Shown piece by piece: positions 1-11,926 of a stretch of DNA of 64,000 nt. The stretch comes from Macrostomum lignano (taxonomy: Eukaryota): assembly GCA_002269645.1 (NCBI GenBank), contig NIVC01000491.1:62001-126000 (forward strand), given 5' to 3'. Within the stretch, counting starts at the first letter, position 1; each line of letters opens with the position of its first letter. A model generated the notes under the pieces. It saw only the letters and a program-made list of their open reading frames with translations. It was not told where the DNA came from and searched no databases. A program made the translations under genes and the position numbers.

Positions 1-413
1 AAAATACAATCACTTAGATCAATAAGGAGGAAGCTGATTGTATTAGTGGATACGCCTGGAACCGCCAAAATTGCAATTGGGGTGCTGGGGGTCCAACAGG
101 CTAGTTAGTTAGTTGGCTTGGTATAAAGAGGATTTCGGAGGAAAAAAAGAAAACGAAGACCTCTCTGCCTCTTCGGCCCTAACGATCCTACCGTCTTTAA
201 ATCTACTTGCAATCGATAAAATCGTATAAAAGTTAAATTGAACTTGTTGTTTAAAATCCGATTAAATTAGCCGCGTTTTACTACTTACTAGTAGGACATT
301 TTGGAATTTCGATGGCACCAATTCGTAGGAATTAAGTTTTGTGAATCTTTTAAGGGCATTTTTTCTTAAACTTAAGTTTATAAAGTCAGAGAAAGAAAGA
401 TCAGGAAGGAAAT

Positions 414-822
414 CCAAGTAGGTCAGCAGGAAGGAAGGCCAAATACGTCATCAAGGAAGACCAAGTAGGTCAGGAAGGAAGGAAGGCCAAGTAGGTCAGG
501 AAGGAAGGAAGGCCAAGTAGGTCAGGAAGGAAGACCAAGTAGGTCAGGAAGGAAAGAAGGCCAAGTAGGTCAGGAAGGAAGGCCAAGTAGGTCAGGAAGG
601 AAGGAAGACCAAGTAGGTCAGGAAGGAAGACCAAGTAGGTCAGGAAGGAAGGCCATGTAGGTCAGGAAGGAAGACCAAGTAGGTCAGGAAAGAAAGCCAA
701 GTAGGTCAGGAAGGAAGCCAAGTGGGTCAGGAAGGAAGGAAGACCAAGTAGGTCAGGAAAGAAAGCCAAGTAGGTCAGGAAAGAAAGCCAAGTGGGTCAG
801 GAAGGAAGCCAAGTGGGTCAGG
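414..822. repeat. Minisatellite, ~19-23 bp unit CCAAGTAGGTCAGGAAGGAA(GGAA)G
   Basis: Tandem copies visible; lies in the Musashi intron. Confidence 0.9.
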
Positions 823-3150
823 AGAAACAATTAATTGTGTTGTGATTAATGCTACAGCTTGAAGCTCTGGGTCTGTAACTTTATTTGAATAAAAATAGTT
901 TCAATTCTCAAGCTCAATGACATAAAGCAGCAGCAGCAGCAGGTTTAGTTGAAGCGCCAAGGTATTGAAGGTACTCAGATACTGCCATATCTAATCAGAA
1001 AACTTCGGCGGTACAAGATCAAAGGCTCCAAATGAGAGGTCACGCAGATTTGAATACGAAAGGAATGATAGCTTCAAAAATAAATCTCAACACACACGCC
1101 TATAGAGACTGCTATACATACTTACCAATGAGTCCGAGCTCTTGACAGCTGTAGAGGACAACATTTTATTCCTCAGAAATTTGTTGGTTGGTCTTTGCTT
1201 GAAGAACTTTGGTTGGTAATAAAAGCGTTTGAAAATCGCCTATATAGCAATCAATGCCTTTCTGATCTAAACTGAATATATATGGGCCTATATAGTTGTG
1301 ACGTAATTTGTACAGTTGATGTACACCTGCACTTTGATGCGTGCCGGGCGCGTACACAACACCTCGCTATAGGCTTGTTGGGAATCGATTCAAATAGATA
1401 TATGCAAGCTTTAGACTTTGTAGGAATGCAGGGTGCGGACAACAGCAAGCCTATAGCTATAACCAGCTGAGGGAGGACTGACAGGTCTTCAAATCTATGC
1501 AAACCTAACAACTATCCTAATAAATCATGGACCTGCAGTGCGCGTACTGAGTGGGGTATTGGCTATGCTTACACTCCTATATATCTTAGCTGCCTGCCTC
1601 TTTAGACTAGTTCGTTGGGCTACAAGGAGGCCCCCGGGGTCCTTCCTTTTTAACACAAAAAGACCACGGGAGGGGTTGCGTGGGCCTTTGGAGTGTTAGG
1701 AAGAGAGCGACAGAGAGAGAGAGAGGGGGGGTGGAGGAAGAGAGAAGTGAAGGAGGAAAATGGGCAAGGGAAAGAATTGAAGGGAGGGTCCCAACCCCGC
1801 GTGGAAAGACGGCGATTGTTGTGTGTGTACCGGGCCCACCGGAGTCTGTGGTGGACAAGTCTGGAGGAAATCTCTGAGGTGGGTAAAATCAAGGAGAGAA
1901 GGCCAAGTGGTTGGGAAGAGAGAGAGAGAGAGAGGAGAAAAGGTCGGGAGATTGTGGTGGCCGGAGCTTGGAAACGAAAAGCCGGCCGCCTTCTTCAACC
2001 AATGCGCCATTGCCTCATCCTGTTACCCCCTCGTCCACCCCCCAAAAAAGACGAAACGCCTGCTTGCTCTCATTGAGGAGAAGAGCGCCCAAGACTCCTC
2101 AGACCAGCCTTACCCTACTAGAACTTACCAACCCCCGCCCACCTGAAGTCACGGTCACATCGCTTTCGGAGATGCAAGGTAGACAGACAGGCAGACAGAC
2201 AGTCGAGGCATTGGGCTGGGACACACTTTTTTAAAATAAGGTGAACCAAAGAGCGCGATCGACGGGGTGGGGAGGGAGAAGAAAGGTTGAGACAAGAAGG
2301 CATAGGCTTGAGAAGTTGGAGCAAAAGTTAGTTAGTGGCTAAGAGCGCGATTCTCCTTACTGCGCTAAGCCTCTTTGCCATCAATTGGAGGAGAAAAAGT
2401 GAAGGAGAGATCGAGAGGGAAGCGGTTGGGATGCAGCGCGCAGGCAAGCTGGTTGTAGGCAGAGAGGCAGAGAGACGTGAGCAGAATAGTCTCAAGGCTT
2501 CTAGTTGCGGGGAAAATTAAAAAAAGAAACGTCCCACACCTTTGGCCAAATGCCCACCGCGGCTCTAAAGTCACATCGCCCACACAGAAAAAAAACTGCA
2601 GGCAGGAAAGCCGCTAGCCAACAGCGACCGGTCAAGCTCCAAGCGTTTCCCAGATTCCTATATAAACCGCTTCCCCCTATAGAGAAAAAGAAGTTTGTTC
2701 TTGGATCGGGTGCAGTGTTTGGATCGATTTTTGAGGAAAATAGAATGTCAACAATTCCCGCGTCTGCACAAGTGAGGCCTGAGGGGCACGCATCGATGAG
2801 GGTGATGGCTGAGAAAGACTCCCCAGTATTGAGACCGCACTTCTGGGAGATGCAGACTCTGCAACCACGGCTTCTTGATCGATTTCCGGACAATTTTTTT
2901 GCCCGCTGCTGCAAGCAAGCAAAACACAGCAGCAAGAGGAGAGAGAGCGAGAAAGAAAGTAGGCTTAATGGAATGCAGTTTGCACCAGCCAATGAAGATT
3001 AAGATTTGTTTTCGATGGAATTTCGCCTTGTTCAAACTGTTCAACTAAGCGCCCCGATCTCCTAAATTTCCAGTCTCGCATTTCTGCATCTTGTAGACTT
3101 CAGAGTGCAGAGCTGGTACAGCCTGAGTACCGGAACTGCGTGATTCACGA

Positions 3151-3498
3151 ACCGACTCTCTTCTCTGGCAACCCGACTCTCTTCTCTGACAACCGACTCT
3201 CTTCTCTGACAACCGACTCTCTCTTCTCTGGCAACCCGACTCTCTACTCTGACAACTGACTCTCTTCTCTGACAACCGACTCTCTTCTCTGACAACCGAC
3301 TCTCTCTTCTCTGGCAACCCGACTCTCTTCTCTGACAACTGACTCTCTTCTCTGACAACCGACTCTCTTCTCTGACAACCGACTCTCTTCTCTGACAATT
3401 GACTCTCGTCTCTGACAACCTACTCCCTCTTATCAGGCAACAGACTCTCTTCTCTGACAACCGACTCTCTTCTCTGACAACCGACTTTCTCTTCCCTG
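3151..3498. repeat. Minisatellite, ~21-23 bp unit GACAACCGACTCTCTTCTCT
   Basis: Tandem copies visible. Confidence 0.9.
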
Positions 3499-4248
3499 AC
3501 CAACTTCGTAAACTCTCTGCCCCGACAACCAAATTCAACAGGCCTAACTAACTCCATTGAAAACGTTTCGCTCGAGTAGCTAACTAAACCTAAACGCAAT
3601 TTTAGCTCAGCAACAGAGAGCCAGCCTCCATGATGATGAAGGAATTGATTAGATTTTCGTTCCCCGCCCTTCATCTTCTTCGTCTTAAGGTCTCTGGGAT
3701 AAAAAATCTACAGAGGGAAAGCGATGGGGCAGTGGTGCAGAGTTGAAGACCGAGCCAAAGTCTACTGTTGCGACTCCAAATTGGGAATTATTGATTTTCG
3801 TCTTATCTCGGCTTCCCCCCTCTCTCTCTCTCATTTCTTCCTTTCTCCAAGAGAGGTTTCTACCAACCGGACTCCACTGGTGCAGAATATATATATTTAT
3901 ACTCTTATATACATACACATAAATCCAGTAAAGATCTCCACCCACTCGTGCCAGAAATTCAATTGCCTGCTCGTTTCGCCGAGTTTTCAGGAGAGCGTCG
4001 CTTCGAATAAGGGAGGGGCTGGGGGGTTGGTGGCGGGTGCAATCATCGGCAATATCAGAGAGAGAGAGAGAGAGAGAGAAAAGGCAAAAGCAGCGAGGTA
4101 TGCGCGCGCGAAAGTGAAGGATAAATAAATTCCTTAGTAGTTTTCTATCCTTTATGTACGAACGAATCCACTGTGCCCAGGTCCTATAGGCAACCCTTTT
4201 CGGGCTCACTTGTTTACGCTTCCATCTCTGGCCTGTCTTCTCCCTCTA

Positions 4249-4287
<39 letters not shown>

Positions 4288-4486
4288 GTCTTGTGTCGGA
4301 ATCTCAACCTTCAGCACTCCTTTCACCTCTCGAATCTTTGCTCTCTGTCTCTCTTATCTGTGTTTTTCTGTGTGTTGTGTCCGCATGCCTGTTCTTACTG
4401 TCTCTAAGTGCCTGTCCACGCGTATGTTTCTTTCTTCCTGTCTTTTTATGTCACCCTCTGTCTCCCCTTTGTCATCTTTAGTTACC

Positions 4487-5080
4487 CCCTGTCACCCTCT
4501 ATCAACCTTTATCACCCTCTATCACGGCCTATATCAACCTTTATCACCCTCTGTCACCCTCTATCAACCTTTATCACCCTCTGTCACCCTCTATCAACCT
4601 TTATCACCCTCTGTCACCCTCTATCAACCTTTATCACCCTCTGTCACCCTCTATCAACCTTTATCACCCTCTGTCACCCTCTATCAACCTTTATCACCCT
4701 CTGTCACCCTCTATCAACCTTTATCACCCTCTGTCACCCTCTATCAACCTTTATCACCCTCTGTCACCCTCTATCAACCTTTATCACCCTCTGTCACCCT
4801 CTATCAACCTTTATCACCCTCTGTCACCCTCTATCAACCTTTATCACCCTCTGTCACCCTCTATCAACCTTTATCACCCTCTGTCACCCTCTATCAACCT
4901 TTATCAACCCTGGCACCCTCTATCAACTTTTATCACCCCGTGTCACAATCTATCAACCTTTATCACCCTATGTCACCCTCTATCAACCTTTATCACTCTC
5001 TGTCACCCTCCATCAACCTTTATCACCCCCTGTCACCCTCTATCAACATTTATCACCCCTGGCACAATCTATCAACCTTT
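4487..5080. repeat. Minisatellite, 30 bp unit CTATCAACCTTTATCACCCTCTGTCACCCT
   Basis: Perfect copies recur every 30 nt in the centre and are degenerate at the edges. Confidence 0.95.
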
Positions 5081-7085
5081 TATGAGAGTTTTGTCTGGTT
5101 TGTAAATCCTGTTTACATGCAATAGGTCATGACGATAATCCTTATTTAGCTAAGCTGCTCATTGCAGGTTGCGGTCTGTTATTTTTATTATTATCGATCT
5201 CTCTGGTATTATTGGTAAAGCAGACTAAAAACACAATATGAACCTATATCTGACTTTTTCAGGTGTTGTTCTCGCAGTTTTTTTTCAATTTCCTATTATT
5301 CTTATGTAGGAACAATTTTGCAAAGTAATTATTATGCAGCTATTACTTAGTTAGTACCCAGATTATTGCATTAGAAAATCTGCAACGGCCAGAATGCAAC
5401 AGACAGCAACGGCAGAAGCGGATCAATGCCCCCCCCCTACTGGCCTGTTGCTTTAGACTATAATCCTTTTTTCGATCTGGCGCCTTCATGTATATGCAGT
5501 GTAGTGCTAAGCTTCACTAGATCCTGCTGTTGCCTCTCATGCTACCTTTGAGCTGCGATTTCTTCCTAATACTGTCTGTCTTTTTCTTCTTTTTTTTCTT
5601 CTGCTTTTGCTATGCCAGCCCCGCCCAACGTCTTGCGCACATGTCTAGATGGCTTATTTTTAACCTCGAAGCCAACAATAGCATACGTATGAAGCTTTTT
5701 ATATGCCTATAAATAATCAGCACACAAACAATAGCTTTATATAGGAGGGGCAACACGTGTGACAAGCGACGCAGGAATCTACTAAAATCTTCCTCAATAA
5801 TAAAATCCCCCGGGCGGTAAGGGAGGCAGCGTTTTTCCTGAGCTCTCCGTGGATTAAACTGCTTCGGCGGATTAATATAAGTGAAGCGGAATTCTGTGGT
5901 GGTGGGGGGGAGTGCCAAGCCGGTCTGTTGTCTTCTGCGCACAAGCCTGAATCTTTCTTGCCTGTTAGCCCCTAGAGGAAGAGCTGTTTTCAGAACAGAT
6001 AGCTGCAGCGATTTTGATTTTCCTCTGTTATTCCTGCTTTCCAATCCCGTCAGGCATGCCGCAACGCGCCCCACCCCTCACCGTCTCCCTACCTGCAAGT
6101 CCGGCAAGTCTATTGCAGCCACTGCAGATTCGGGGGGGAACCGGATTAAAAAAATCTCTCCTATACTGCATTATGCTTGTTATAGTCTCTCTTCCCGAGG
6201 AGATTATTAGGTTTCCCTTATCCTAATTCATACTTATAGGTAGAGAAAGAGAGAGAGAGAGAATGGCTTGTGCCAGAAAAGATTTGCCCAGCTGTGCTAA
6301 CTGGCTGAAACTACTATACTACTACAATAGTGGTAAAGTGCCCACGTATCTACGGCTCCTCATATAGCATAGCCGCGACGTTAATTTCAGAAGAAGAGGC
6401 TTGTTCTGTAGTCTGATTATCTTGTAATTAGTTTTTATACTTTGTTTAATTATTCCGCTTTAACCACTCTCTCACCCTTGATATCTTTTCTCCCCCATTT
6501 CTACTTCTCTTCCTTACTCCTCCTCCTTGCATCTCCGTATTTCCCCTTTTCCCATCCTCCTTCTCCACTAATCATATCAGGTTTCCAGGGTCTCACCATC
6601 CCAGCATTGGTCTATCCGTCTTTCTTTATACTTTTCTTCTAGCATTCAATAATTAGGACCCCTCATCCTCTTTGCAGGTGGGCTTTAATTACCATCATCA
6701 TCTTCTGAAAAATGTTCCGACGCCTCGACAGCAAATAAGACGATGTCAGGGAAACGCACATTCTCTCACAATACAGTTAGTTGCGTAGGGCATATTTACT
6801 TAGGGCATATTTACTATATTTACGACGTATTCTAATGCATTCTGCGTCAGACTACGACTGGGTACGGGCACTGTAATTATGACTTGTTTTTTTTCATCCT
6901 GCTCTGCATGAAATGCCCTGATTTCCAGGTTCGGAGAGTCAAATTAGGGAGTGGGGACCCTGGAGGGGGAAGGTGGACTAGTCCTTCAGTGACTGGAGAG
7001 ACTAGAAAGAGGCAGTCCTAAATTACTGAAAGATGTGAGTAACAAGATCTGCTTTAGACGAATCTAGCTCGCAGAGTTGCAGGAT

Positions 7086-7510
7086 GTGACGTCATGGATA
7101 TTGCAGGGTGTGACGTCATGGATATTGCAGGGTGTGACGTCATAGAGATTGCAGGGTTGTGACGCCATGGAGATTGCAGATTGTGACGTCATGGAGATTG
7201 CAGGGTTGTGACGTCATGGAGATTGCAGAGTGCGACGTCATGGAGATTGCAGAGTGCGACGTCATGGAGATTGCAGGGTTGTGACGTCATGGAGATTGCA
7301 GAGTGCGACGTCATGGAGATTGTAGGGTGTGACATCATGGATATTGCAGGGTGTGACATCATAGAGATTGCAAGGTGTAATGTAATGTCATGGAGATTGC
7401 AGAGTGCGACGCCATAGAAATTTCACGGTGAGACGTCATGGACATTGCGAGGTGTGATATCATGAAGATTTCAGGGTGCGACGTCGTGGACATTGCAGGG
7501 TGCGACGTCA
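7086..7510. repeat. Minisatellite, 24-25 bp unit GTGACGTCATGGAGATTGCAG(A/G)GT containing CRE palindromes
   Basis: TGACGTCA at 7087, 7111, 7135, 7184, 7209, 7282, plus variant copies. Confidence 0.9.
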
Positions 7511-8630
7511 CGAAGAATGCTATTAGACAAACCATATTCTTAATCCGCTGAAGTTGGCGGAATGCTGTCAATAACATGCACTTCAGTATTATAATTACAC
7601 ATGCCGTTAGCATAAATTGAGTAAATGTGCAGGGCAGGTAAATGCAAGGCGTTGGCTAAGTATTCATATGTAAGCTAAGAGCCAAGAAGAGATGGGTGTT
7701 TTTGCAGAAATCAAGAGGGAAAGAAAAAGTGAATGAAGGGCAATGGGCTGTTGCAGTAAGTGGCAGGCTGGTGGTGGTGCTGCTGCTGCTGATGCTGATG
7801 ATGGTCATCGGAGTGAATCGGCGAGATGGGTTGTGGTGGTTGGGCCGAAAGTTGTTGACTGATGTAATGAAGTTTTGGGAAGAAACAGTGGCTATATGGG
7901 GTAAAGTTGCTATTTCCCAGCCTCTCTCTCTCTCTCGCTCTCGCTCGCCCGCCCTCCCTGGCTTAGAGCTCATTATCTCAGCTTGGAATCTTCGCGTGCG
8001 CAGCCTCCTACTCCTCCATCTCTCTTCTCCCAGTGGCGGCTAGCATATGCCATATAGTAAGTCTCCCTAAGTGTGGCAAAATTTTCCCATACAAGCTGCA
8101 AGATATGTGCGAGTAGAAAAACCCCTGTCAGTCTGTGATCTGATCCAGGCAGAACAGTGAAGTGTTGATGGTTTTAGCTTTGCCCCCCCGGCCCCACCAG
8201 TTCTACCCCTCATCTCTCCCGCCCTCTCCCTCTTTTACTTTCCCACCCTGTGTGTGCAGTTCTGCATCGATTCCTTTGCAGTCTGGCGGGGGGGGGGCGG
8301 GGCACGAGGGAAAAAAAACAGAAGAATTCGAGCGTCGCTGCACACAGAAGTAGCTTCCAGAATGGAGGGGGGGGGTTGCCGTTAAAACAGTGAAGTAAAC
8401 AGTAGTAAGTATGGTAATAAAAGTATAGAAAGTAGTCCTTGCTACAGGACTCAAAAAAACAGTTGTCTGTCGTATAAAATAGATGACAGATTTAAATAAG
8501 TCGGGATTCCAGATTTAAACATAAAATATTTTGCAATAAAAATACATACTTTTTTATACATTGTCAAATTACGAATTCCAATTAAGAAGTTACAAATATG
8601 ACATGCAGGGAACTACATGTAATAATATGG

Positions 8631-9097
8631 GTAGAGAATCACAGTGGTAGAGAATCACAGGAGTGGAGTATCATAGGAATAGAGAATCACAGGGGTAGAG
8701 AATCACAGGGGTGGAGTATCATAGGGGAAGAGAATCACAGGGGTAAAGAATCACAGGGGTAGAGAATCATAGGAATAGAGAATCACAGGGGTAGAGAATC
8801 ACAGGGGCAGAGAATCATAGGGGTAGAGAATCACAGGGGTAGAGAATCACAGGGGCAGAGAATCACAGGGGTAGTGAATCACAGGGGTAGAGAATCACAG
8901 GGGTAGAGAATAATCACAGGGGTAGAGAATCACAGGGGTAGAGAATAATCACAGGGGTAGAGAATAATCACAGGGGTAGAGAAACACAGGGGTAGAGAAT
9001 CACAGGGGTAGAAAATCACAGGGGTAGAGAATCACAGGGGTAGAGAATCACAGGGGTAGAGAATCACAGGGGTAGTGAATCACAGGGGTAGAGAACC
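8631..9097. repeat. Minisatellite, 16 bp unit TAGAGAATCACAGGGG
   Basis: Tandem copies visible. Confidence 0.92.
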
Positions 9098-10147
9098 ACA
9101 TACGGACACGTGACAACAACTGTAACCGCAGCACTGTGCAGTACAGAGGGACTTTATAAATTGCGACCTTTCTGCACAATTTTCACTCTGGCCTGGCAAC
9201 TATTGAACACAATGGACTGTTTTGTCCCACGTTTCTTCTATCCCAGGAAATGCAGGCGGAAGATGTTAGCGTAGTGCATGAATTTACAATGACTGACTGA
9301 CTGACTGGCTGACTTGGCATCACTGCCAAACTATCTGCCTATTTTTCTCTAATATTTGTCAAAGATTTTTTCTTTTACATTTTCCCTCGATAAAACTGTC
9401 TATCTCCGAATTTCAACTTGGAATTCATTCAAACTTCTCTCTTTTCTTCATACACTTTCTCTCCCAGGAGAATAACCACCGCCCAAAGATAGATAGGATG
9501 CTTGTTTGCCAGACCAGGATGAAGAGTTAGCAGCAAAGGTTTGCTTGATCTTTCTTCCCCTTGGCGAACACTTCTTCTCCCTTATAGCCATAGTCGGCCA
9601 TAAAAAGATTCAAGAGGGAGGAAGAAGAAGTGCTTGGGAGGGAGGGTTGGTTAGAAATCGGCTCGATTTGATTTTGCCAGAGCCTATATAGGTCCAATAG
9701 ATTGGAGTCCCATCTCATCCCCCCAGCCCCAGAGCACGGGGAAGGCCCATCTCGATCAGATCTGTCGGAGTTGGCGGCATGGTAGTAACTTTGAGGAGTG
9801 AGCAGTGGGGGGGGGGGTGAGGGAAATTAATGAGGAGAAAGAAAGTTTAAATCTTTGGGCCCCGGGTGCTGCTGCATCATGGCTAAGCTTCTATTCGGGT
9901 ATATTCGATTCCCTCATCTTGCTATAAAATAATCTAAATCTTCCTGCTTCATCCGCTTATTTAAGCTCGGCGCCTCAGTCTCACAGCCTCAAATGAATGC
10001 AACAGGGAAAGCTATATTGATAGATAAAAGAAATATAGGAATGAAGATCCCGCACGCGCTGGCTATCCCTATATAGTTGATACTCGAAATCCGGATGGCT
10101 TAATTGAGTTTTTCGTGGGCCGGGCGCCTGATAGAAGGGAAACGCGG

Positions 10148-10159
10148 GGACAGAGAGAG

Positions 10160-10208
<49 letters not shown>

Positions 10209-10219
10209 GAGAGAGAGAG

Positions 10220-10303
<84 letters not shown>
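10148..10303. repeat. (GA)n microsatellite
   Basis: Interrupted GA run. Confidence 0.95.
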
Positions 10304-10947
10304 GAGATCAGATCACGTGACGCATAGCAAGGTGGCTGAAGGAAGACGAAAAGGGGGAAAGGAAGAGGCAAAGATTTTCGCCAAAGCGAATACCGAACAG
10401 TTAAAAGAGTTAAAAAGGTTGGAAGGAGGGAGAATTGATGAGGCAGAGAGTTTGGACGGCTTCCTAGAAACCCAACCCCCCCTCAGTCCCCAGCCCATTT
10501 CGCTTAGCGGCGTTAATCTAATTCGCATGAAATACTCCCCTCCGAGTCGGGCGGGGGTTGAGGGAAAATTTGAGAAGATATCTCTGTAGGGCCTCTTCTC
10601 TCTTCTTCTGCTTTTTTGCTTGGAGAGATTAAGTTGTGCGTCGAGGGAAACGACGCGGCTTTTTCTTCTTCTTTTTAACCGCCCGCGCGAAGTCTCGAGT
10701 TTCCTTCGACTCTCGCGTTTTAGTTTGTTTTTTTCCTTTAGTGCGATAAGTTTTTCACCCCCCTATATTCCTAGGTAATATCCCCAATCAACCATGATGT
10801 ATTACGTTGGCGCAATTAATCGGGTAAAAAAGGCTGAATTACTGTAGCCATCTGCTGTCTTGATTTGTGTATATGGCTTCTAGTTGCAATTTCTTGATTC
10901 ATCTGCTTCACTTATAGTAAGACTTTGATTTTCAGTGATTAATACTG

Positions 10948-11905
10948 TTTCAGTGATCCGAGTCTGTGCTTCAGTGACCCGAGTCTGTGCTTCAGTGACC
11001 CGAGTCTGTGCTTCAGTGACCCGAGTCTGTGCTTCAGTGACCCGAGTCTGTGCTTCAGTGACCCGAGTCTGTGCTTCAGTGACCCGAGTCTGTGCTTCAG
11101 TGACCCGAGTCTGTGCTTCAGTGACCCGAGTCTGTGCTTCAGTGACCCGAGTCTGTGCTTCAGTGACCCGAGTCTGTGCTTCAGTGACCCGAGTCTGTGC
11201 TTCAGTGACCCGAGTCTGTGCTTCAGTGACCCGAGTCTGTGCTTCAGTGACCCGAGTCTGTGCTTCAGTGACCCGAGTCTGTGCTTCAGTGACCCGAGTC
11301 TGTGCTTCAGTGACCCGAGTCTGTGCTTCAGTGACCCGAGTCTGTGCTTCAGTGACCCGAGTCTGTGCTTCAGTGACCCGAGTCTGTGCTTCAGTGACCC
11401 TAATCTGTATTTCAGTGACCCCAAATCTTTATTTCAGTGACCCCAAACTGTGTTTCAGTGACCATAATCTGTGTTATCTGTGTTTCAGTGACCCCAAACT
11501 GTATTTCAGTGACCCCAATCTGTATTTCAGTGACCCCAATCTGTATTTCAGTGACCCCAAACTGTATTTCAGTGACCCCAAACTGTATTTCAGTGACCCC
11601 AATCTGTGTTTCATTGACCATAATCTGTGTTATCTGTATTTCAGTGACCCCAATCTGTATTTCAGTGAGACCAAACTGTATTTCAGTGACTCCAATCTGT
11701 GTTTCAGTGACCCCAATCTGTATTTCAGTGAGACCAAACTGTATTTCAGTGACTCCAATCTGTGTTTCAGTGACCCCAATCTGTATTTCAGTGTGACCAA
11801 ACTGTATTTCAGTGACTCCAATCTGTGTTTCAGTGACCTCAGTCTGTATTTCAGTGACCCCAAACTGTATTTCAGTCACCCCAATCTGTATTTCAGTGAC
11901 CCCAA
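10948..11905. repeat. Minisatellite, 21 bp unit TTCAGTGACCCGAGTCTGTGC grading into TTTCAGTGACCCCAATCTGTA
   Basis: A perfect block to ~11400, then a diverged block ending ~20 nt from the Musashi exon 5 donor. Confidence 0.95.
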
Positions 11906-11926
11906 TCGGCATTCCGCAGGACTCAC

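Noticed and set aside
1166-3044. Cluster of 60-165 aa ORFs, including an IFIG segment near 2990 tested as Musashi exon 6
   Set aside because: Low complexity with no domain. IFIGW lacks the GGL of RNP2 and has no matching splice sites.
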